DNA from: Anaerolineae bacterium
GTDB lineage: Bacteria; Chloroflexota; Anaerolineae; E26-bin7
DNA length: 61,342 bases
Reading direction: 5' to 3'
NCBI GenBank assembly: GCA_041862415.1
Contig: JBGVTF010000036.1
Span: forward strand, 1-61,342
Part shown: piece by piece, positions 56,163 to 61,342 of the stretch
How positions within the stretch are numbered: position 1 is the stretch's first letter
Layout of the letters: each line of letters starts with the position of its first letter
Notes under the pieces: model-generated
Database searches by the model: none
What the model saw: only the letters and a program-made list of their open reading frames with translations
Told to the model about the DNA's origin: nothing
Made by a program: the position numbers and the translations under genes

Positions 56163-57560
56163 ATGATTGAGGGTTTTAAGCTGGTAGAACCGAGGTTCTT
56201 GCCCCCGCTCGATAAAGATTTTCGACCTGCGGTATTGGCCAATCGCGCATTTCGGCAGGAGGTAGAGGATTCGGGGGTTGGTGTGCCATTGGTGCTTGGT
56301 CTGGAGCGCCCAGACGGGTCCGTGTCGCGTTATGAGACACAGGTTTTCCCCGAAGGTCACCCGCAGGCCGATGCGAACCTGATGTGTGCCGAGCGGATCT
56401 TCAAGTTTCTTCTCTGGCAGCGAGGAGGTTGGAAGGTTTACGTGGGTGGCCCCAAGAGCATTGGGGACTACATCAGGGAGTGTTACTCGCCGGGTGGTGC
56501 GCGGGAGTTCGACTACTATTTCATGGGGGAAGATGTCTACGAGAAGACATTCACCGTGGTTTCCTGTGATCCGTCTGAAGTGCCCGCCGAGCGAGAGAGC
56601 GGGAAGCCACTGGGCCGTCACTTGGACGGATGCCGTATCGGGTTTGATCTGGGGGCCTCGGACCGCAAGGTTTCAGCGGTGGTCAACGGGGAGGCAGTCT
56701 ACAGCGAGGAGGTTGTGTGGGAGCCGCGCATACAAAGCGATCCGCAGTATCACTACAGGGAAATCATGACGGCTTTGAAGACAGCGGCCTCGAAGATGCC
56801 CCGTGTGGATGCGATAGGGGGCAGCGCGGCAGGGGTTTACATCAATAACAGGGTCAGGATCGCCTCTTTGTTCCGCGGTGTTCCAAAGGACCGGTATGAC
56901 GAGGTCAGGAACCTGTTCTTACGCATCCGTGATGAGATGGGGGTACCCCTAGAGATTGTGAATGACGGAGATGTAACGGCGCTGGCGGGTTCGATGTCGC
57001 TGGAGGACAACGGCGTCCTGGGCATAGCACTCGGCTCGAGCGAGGCCAGTGGCTATGTGACGATGGAGGGGAACATCACGGGCTGGCTGAACGAGTTGGC
57101 CTTTGCGCCAGTGGACTACAATCCTGAAGCTCCTGTGGATGAGTGGTCAGGGGACAGGGGGTGTGGTGCCCTCTACTTTTCACAGCAGTGTGTGTTTCGC
57201 CTCGCGCCCAAGGTTGGCATAGAAATCCCTGGGGATGTCACGCCAGCTGAGAAACTGGAGTTCGTCCAGGAAAAACTGGAGGCGGGACACGAAGGTGCTA
57301 CAAAGATCTGGCAAAGCATAGGCTATTATATGGGCTATACCATCGTCCATTATGCCGACTTCTATGAGTTGAAGCACACGCTCATTATGGGGCGTTGTAC
57401 CTCTGGGAGAGGTGGTCAGCTTATCCTGGATGGTGCCAACGAAGTGCTTCAGTTGGAGTTCCCGGAGCTTGCAGCTCGGATCAACCTTCAACTACCGGAT
57501 GAAAAGAGCCGGCGCGTGGGACAAGCAATCGCAGCAGCAAGCCTTCCGGCGATTGGGTAG
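56163..57560 (+). CDS. ASKHA-fold sugar kinase-like protein (ROK/glucokinase-related) with an N-terminal extension
   Basis: 465 aa with IGFDLGASDRKVSAV (phosphate-1-like), IVNDGDVTALAGS and GIALGSSEASG. No ROK Zn-Cys motif was seen, so the subfamily is uncertain. Confidence 0.65.
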   Translation: MIEGFKLVEPRFLPPLDKDFRPAVLANRAFRQEVEDSGVGVPLVLGLERPDGSVSRYETQVFPEGHPQADANLMCAERIFKFLLWQRGGWKVYVGGPKSIGDYIRECYSPGGAREFDYYFMGEDVYEKTFTVVSCDPSEVPAERESGKPLGRHLDGCRIGFDLGASDRKVSAVVNGEAVYSEEVVWEPRIQSDPQYHYREIMTALKTAASKMPRVDAIGGSAAGVYINNRVRIASLFRGVPKDRYDEVRNLFLRIRDEMGVPLEIVNDGDVTALAGSMSLEDNGVLGIALGSSEASGYVTMEGNITGWLNELAFAPVDYNPEAPVDEWSGDRGCGALYFSQQCVFRLAPKVGIEIPGDVTPAEKLEFVQEKLEAGHEGATKIWQSIGYYMGYTIVHYADFYELKHTLIMGRCTSGRGGQLILDGANEVLQLEFPELAARINLQLPDEKSRRVGQAIAAASLPAIG

Positions 57561-57573
57561 GAGGAACCGACAG

Positions 57574-58434
57574 ATGAAGCTCAATCTTGAAACGGCAGAT
57601 ATCTTTGTGCCAGATGGACTTGAGGCTGAGGAGGCATTGGCCCGAACTACGCACATGGCGGTTGGGGCACATCAGGATGACCTTGAGATTATGGCCTACG
57701 ATGGTATCCTGAAGTGCTTCCAGCGGGACGATGAGTGGTTTTGTGGGGTTGTCGTGACCAACGGTAGCGGGTCGCCTAGGGACGACTTATATAGGGATTA
57801 CACCGACGGAGCGATGCGGGTGGTCAGGCGCAAGGAGCAGAAGAAAGCGGCAGTGGTGGGGGAATATGGGGCGCAAGTCCTGCTGGACTATCCAAGCTCA
57901 GCGGTGAAGGACGCTTCCAACAAAGCGCCCGTGGAGGACCTGCGGCTACTGTTGGAGAAGGCCAAGCCCCAGGTGGTATACACGCACAACCTGGCCGACA
58001 AACACGACACGCACGTGGGCGTGGCGCTCAAGGTGATAGAGGCAATCCGAGGTCTGCCGGCAGCGGAACGGCCGCAGTGGTTGTACGGATGCGAGGTGTG
58101 GCGCGATCTCGATTGGATGGTGGATACGGACAAGGTTGCCTTTGACGTCTCGGCCCATGAGAACCTTCAGGCAGCGCTGCTGGGGATATTTGACTCGCAG
58201 ATTTGCGGCGGAAAACGGTATGACCTGGCAACGGCGGGACGCCGGCGCGCGCAGGCGACGTATCATGAAACACACGGCACGGATGTGGCCACCGGGATAA
58301 TCTTCGCCATGGACCTCACGCCATTGATTGAAGACCCGGGCAAGAGTATCCAGGCCTACGTTCAGGAATTCACCGAGCGGTTTGCACAAGAGGTGGCGGA
58401 GCGATTGACCAGACTGCAAGAGGAGACTCGATGA
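57574..58434 (+). CDS. PIG-L/LmbE family N-acetylglucosaminyl deacetylase
   Basis: It has MAVGAHQDDLEIMA (an AHPDDE-type motif) and HDTHVGVA. The ATG at 57574 follows the SD ggtaggagg; the ORF upstream of it overlaps the kinase gene. Confidence 0.8.
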   Translation: MKLNLETADIFVPDGLEAEEALARTTHMAVGAHQDDLEIMAYDGILKCFQRDDEWFCGVVVTNGSGSPRDDLYRDYTDGAMRVVRRKEQKKAAVVGEYGAQVLLDYPSSAVKDASNKAPVEDLRLLLEKAKPQVVYTHNLADKHDTHVGVALKVIEAIRGLPAAERPQWLYGCEVWRDLDWMVDTDKVAFDVSAHENLQAALLGIFDSQICGGKRYDLATAGRRRAQATYHETHGTDVATGIIFAMDLTPLIEDPGKSIQAYVQEFTERFAQEVAERLTRLQEETR

Positions 58435-59468
58435 GTCTGAAATCAGAAATCTTTGAGCAACCACTGGTGCTTGCCCGCCTTCTGGAAAACCAGATGGAGG
58501 GCATTCAGGAGATAGCCCAGGCAATCCGCGCCAGAGAGATTGACTACATTTTCCTCGCTGCACGGGGCACCTCCGATAACGCCGGGTTGTATGCGAAGTA
58601 TCTATGGGGATCCTTTAATCGGCTCCCCATCGCTTTGGCTGCCCCCTCTCTCTTCAGCATCTACGGCCAGCCGCCCGCCTTGCGGCATGCACTGGTGGTG
58701 GGCATCTCCCAATCCGGCCAGTCGCCCGACATCGTCAGCGTGGTGGCCGAGGGAAGCCGCCAGGGCGCACCGACCCTGGCCATTACCAACGATCCTGGCT
58801 CGCCGCTGGCGCAGGCATCCGAGTTCGTGATTGACATCGGCGCTGGACCTGAGAAGGCCGTGGCTGCGACGAAAACCTACACGGCTCAACTGCTGGCCAT
58901 CGCTATGCTTTCGGTGGCGTTGAGTGGAGAAAGCGACCGCTTGGAGGCGCTGCAGCGCGTGTCGACGCTGGTACAGCAGGCGCTGGCGCTGGACGCCACC
59001 ATCGAACGGGTAGCCGAGCGCTACCGCTATATGGAAGAGTGCGTGGTGCTGGGCCGTGGCTACAACTATGCCACCGCTTTTGAGTGGTCGCTGAAGCTAA
59101 AGGAACTGGCCTACGTGGTCGCAGAACCCTATTCCTCGGCTGATTTTCAACATGGCCCTGTTGCCATTGTGTCCCAAGGCTTCCCCGTTATGGCGGTCGT
59201 GCCGGGTGGGGCCGTCTTCGATGATATGCTGGCTCTGTTGTCCGGCCTGGTTAGCGAGCGCCAGGTTGAGCTGTTGGTCACTTCGGACGAAGAGGAGGCT
59301 CTGGCACTTGCCCATACGCCGCTGCGCCTGCCGGCTGGGTTACCGGAATGGCTTAGCCCCCTGGTGAGCATTGTGCCTGCCCAACTGTTCTGTTATCACT
59401 TGAGCCGCGCGAAGGGGTATGACACCGAAACGCCGCGCGGGCTGAGCAAGGTTACGCTCACTCGGTAG
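58431..59468 (+). CDS. double-SIS-domain protein (GlmS isomerase-domain-like; glucosamine/fructosamine-6-P deaminase class)
   Basis: 345 aa with IFLAARGTSDNA, VVGISQSGQSPD, ATKTYTAQL and VLGRGYNYATAFEWSLKLKELAY. An ATGA overlap links it to the preceding gene. Confidence 0.8.
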   Translation: MSLKSEIFEQPLVLARLLENQMEGIQEIAQAIRAREIDYIFLAARGTSDNAGLYAKYLWGSFNRLPIALAAPSLFSIYGQPPALRHALVVGISQSGQSPDIVSVVAEGSRQGAPTLAITNDPGSPLAQASEFVIDIGAGPEKAVAATKTYTAQLLAIAMLSVALSGESDRLEALQRVSTLVQQALALDATIERVAERYRYMEECVVLGRGYNYATAFEWSLKLKELAYVVAEPYSSADFQHGPVAIVSQGFPVMAVVPGGAVFDDMLALLSGLVSERQVELLVTSDEEEALALAHTPLRLPAGLPEWLSPLVSIVPAQLFCYHLSRAKGYDTETPRGLSKVTLTR

Positions 59469-59528
59469 AACCATTGGCACCATACTTGTTGGTAAGCGGT
59501 TTTGTATACTCAGTGAGGAGTGGAAAAG

Positions 59529-60185
59529 GTGAGCAAACCGTCGGTTGTCTGCAAGGAAGTCACCGGTCAGGTTCGTGACTTCGGTCTCGAACACCCTGAG
59601 GAATACCGAGCATCTGAGCCGCTACAGCTTGTGCAGTGGTGGGAGGGTGCGGGTCATATGCCTGACGAAAGCGGCCTAAGCTACGTGGGGTACAATGCAG
59701 AGGGTCTGTGCTTCTACGTGTGTCTGGAGGACAGTAACATATACACCCAGGCCCGGAGTGACAATGAGAAACTGTGGACTCTCGGAGATGTTGTCGAGTT
59801 CTTCGTCAAGCCCGGAGAAATCAGGGACGATTATTGGGAAATCCACGTTTCTCCAAATGACTTGATTATGGACATCCACATTCCATCGCGTGACAAGTAC
59901 ATGAACAACGTCATTTCCTGGGATGAGGTTGTAGCAGCAGACAGTGGAAGCACGAAACGGGTTCAGGTCATAGCGGCAGAGAATACGTGGACCGTGGAAC
60001 TATGTATACCCTGGGCGGCATTCGGATTCGAGACGGTTCCCGTTTCTGGAACGGTTTGGCAATTTGCTGTGTGTAGATACAATTACTCTGGCGACCTTGA
60101 GAGTCTGGAACTTTCGGCGACAGCGCATTTCACAGAACTAGACTTTCACCGATACGAGGAATACACGGACCTCATCTTTGGCTAA
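59529..60185 (+). CDS. CBM9/DOMON-like carbohydrate-binding-fold protein (tentative)
   Basis: It has GDVVEFFVKPG...YWEIHVSPNDLIMDIHIP...WTVELCIPWAAFG. A GTG at 59529 lies 8 nt after GAGGAG; the ORF is open from a GTG at 59520. Confidence 0.5.
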   Translation: MSKPSVVCKEVTGQVRDFGLEHPEEYRASEPLQLVQWWEGAGHMPDESGLSYVGYNAEGLCFYVCLEDSNIYTQARSDNEKLWTLGDVVEFFVKPGEIRDDYWEIHVSPNDLIMDIHIPSRDKYMNNVISWDEVVAADSGSTKRVQVIAAENTWTVELCIPWAAFGFETVPVSGTVWQFAVCRYNYSGDLESLELSATAHFTELDFHRYEEYTDLIFG

Positions 60186-60214
60186 ATACGTTTCAACCGT
60201 TACCAGGAGAAGAT

Positions 60215-61141
60215 ATGTCAGAACCTACCCTTGTCGTGATGGCTGCCGGCATAGGAAGCCGCTATGGCGGACTGAAGCAGACTGAACCTGTCGGCCCCAA
60301 TGGTGAAATCATCATTGAATATTCCATTTATGATGCGCTGAACGCGGGGTTTGGAAAAGTCGTCTTTGTCATAAAGCAGGACATCGAAGAAGCGTTTCGG
60401 GAAAGGGTGGGTAAGACCATCGAAAAACAGTGTGAAACTATCTACGTATTTCAGCAAGTTGAGGATGTGCCAGAAGGCTTTGAGGTTCCGCCGGACAGGC
60501 AAAAGCCTTGGGGGACGGGCCACGCGACACTCAGTTGCAGGAATGTGGTTGATTCCCCATTTGCAGTGATCAACGCCGACGATTTCTATGGACGGTCCTC
60601 CTATCAGACCCTTTGCGACTACTTGAGAAGCGCACAGGACCACGATGGTGTGTATGATTACTGTATGGTCGGCTATGTGCTGAAAAACACACTGACAGAG
60701 CACGGTCACGTGGCAAGAGGCGTCTGCATGGTAGACGAGGACGGGTTTCTCGTGAAAATTCGCGAGCGCACCCGGATAGAGAAATTGGGCGAGATCGTGA
60801 AGTACACTGAGGATGGCGAGACCTGGGTTGAGATACCAGGCGAAAGCGTTGTTTCGATGAACATGTGGGGCTTTACGCCAAGTCTGTTCCTGGAGCTAGA
60901 AGTACGCTTCCCGCAGTTCCTCCAAGAGAACAGGGGCAACATACAAAAAGCGGAATATTTCCTTCCCGACGTTGTAGGAGACCTAATTCGAGAGAATAAG
61001 GCGCGTGTTAGAGTCCTTTCGACAAACGAGAGATGGTTCGGGGTCACCTACAAGCAGGACAAACCCAGGGTCAGGCAGGCCATACGAGGTTTGATCCGTT
61101 GCGGCGTCTATCCAGAGAACTTGTGGGGTGATGTCAAATGA
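60215..61141 (+). CDS. sugar-1-phosphate nucleotidyltransferase family protein
   Basis: 308 aa with an N-terminal VVMAAGIGSRYGGLKQ signature (GxGxR) and VINADDFYG. Confidence 0.8.
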   Translation: MSEPTLVVMAAGIGSRYGGLKQTEPVGPNGEIIIEYSIYDALNAGFGKVVFVIKQDIEEAFRERVGKTIEKQCETIYVFQQVEDVPEGFEVPPDRQKPWGTGHATLSCRNVVDSPFAVINADDFYGRSSYQTLCDYLRSAQDHDGVYDYCMVGYVLKNTLTEHGHVARGVCMVDEDGFLVKIRERTRIEKLGEIVKYTEDGETWVEIPGESVVSMNMWGFTPSLFLELEVRFPQFLQENRGNIQKAEYFLPDVVGDLIRENKARVRVLSTNERWFGVTYKQDKPRVRQAIRGLIRCGVYPENLWGDVK

Positions 61142-61342
61142 GACCTGACTTTGCGGCAATGGTCAAGCACTTCAGATTTGAGGACGATTTCTTAGAAGCC
61201 AACCTCTGGAAATTCGGGCACATCAACGACACGTACGTTGCTCGTTTTCGAAAAGGGGACGGTGCGGTCCGCCGCTACATTCTTCAGCGGATAAACCATA
61301 ATGTCTTCAAGAGCCCAGAAGAGCTTATGCACAACATCGAAA
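61138..61342 (+). CDS. N-acetylhexosamine 1-kinase-like phosphotransferase (APH/NahK family), 5' partial at the window edge
   Basis: The ATG at 61138 overlaps the preceding stop (ATGA). ...FGHINDTYVARF...RYILQRINHNVFKSPEELMHNIE resembles the NahK N-terminal motifs. The ORF runs off the window. Confidence 0.7.
   Translation, partial: MRPDFAAMVKHFRFEDDFLEANLWKFGHINDTYVARFRKGDGAVRRYILQRINHNVFKSPEELMHNIE

Overview
This is a high-GC (about 60% by eye) bacterial chromosomal segment. I call about 50 protein genes, and all but one (a Zn-alcohol dehydrogenase at 42192-43280) are on the + strand. I found no rRNA, tRNA, CRISPR array, transposase or integrase. The 'Chlor_Arch_YYY'/DUF2298 and TIGR03663-like membrane families, together with short repeats embedded in coding sequence, suggest a Chloroflexota-like organism; that is inference only. 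Layout: (1) 0.3-7.3 kb holds housekeeping genes (YqeY, a PgpH-like 7TM-HD protein, ybeY, DUF58, DUF4129, rpsU). (2) 7.4-10.4 kb holds a 194-nt nested inverted-repeat element followed by a single-gene Mrr-nuclease/NB-ARC/TPR STAND protein that looks like a defence gene. (3) 12.3-37.5 kb holds six very large GT-C-type/YYY polytopic membrane paralogs, three with PA14 and/or NHL ectodomains. They are interrupted by a DUF362 Fe-S protein, a TIR-like/FGE-domain fusion, an ECF sigma/anti-sigma pair and a low-GC islet. (4) The islet (23.3-24.5 kb) carries the most striking object in the window. It is a MerB (organomercurial lyase)-family gene whose two in-frame TGA codons align with the two catalytic cysteines, and each TGA is followed by a SECIS-like hairpin. 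This makes it a candidate double-selenocysteine enzyme. (5) 37.8-43.3 kb holds DUF2284, an AddA/UvrD-like helicase-nuclease and the ADH. (6) 43.5-61.3 kb is an amino-sugar utilisation region. It contains a DeoR regulator, an ascorbate-family PTS IIB/IIC/IIA, HPr, Enzyme I, nagA, four SIS-domain proteins, a PIG-L deacetylase, a sugar kinase, a nucleotidyltransferase and a NahK-like kinase. It also carries gene relics (SIS and ptsH fragments) and a duplicated structured element of about 120 nt. Short heptanucleotide tandem repeats and a small dispersed palindromic repeat family are inserted in frame in several large genes. All functional calls rest on motif recognition from the translated ORFs. 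No searches were run.
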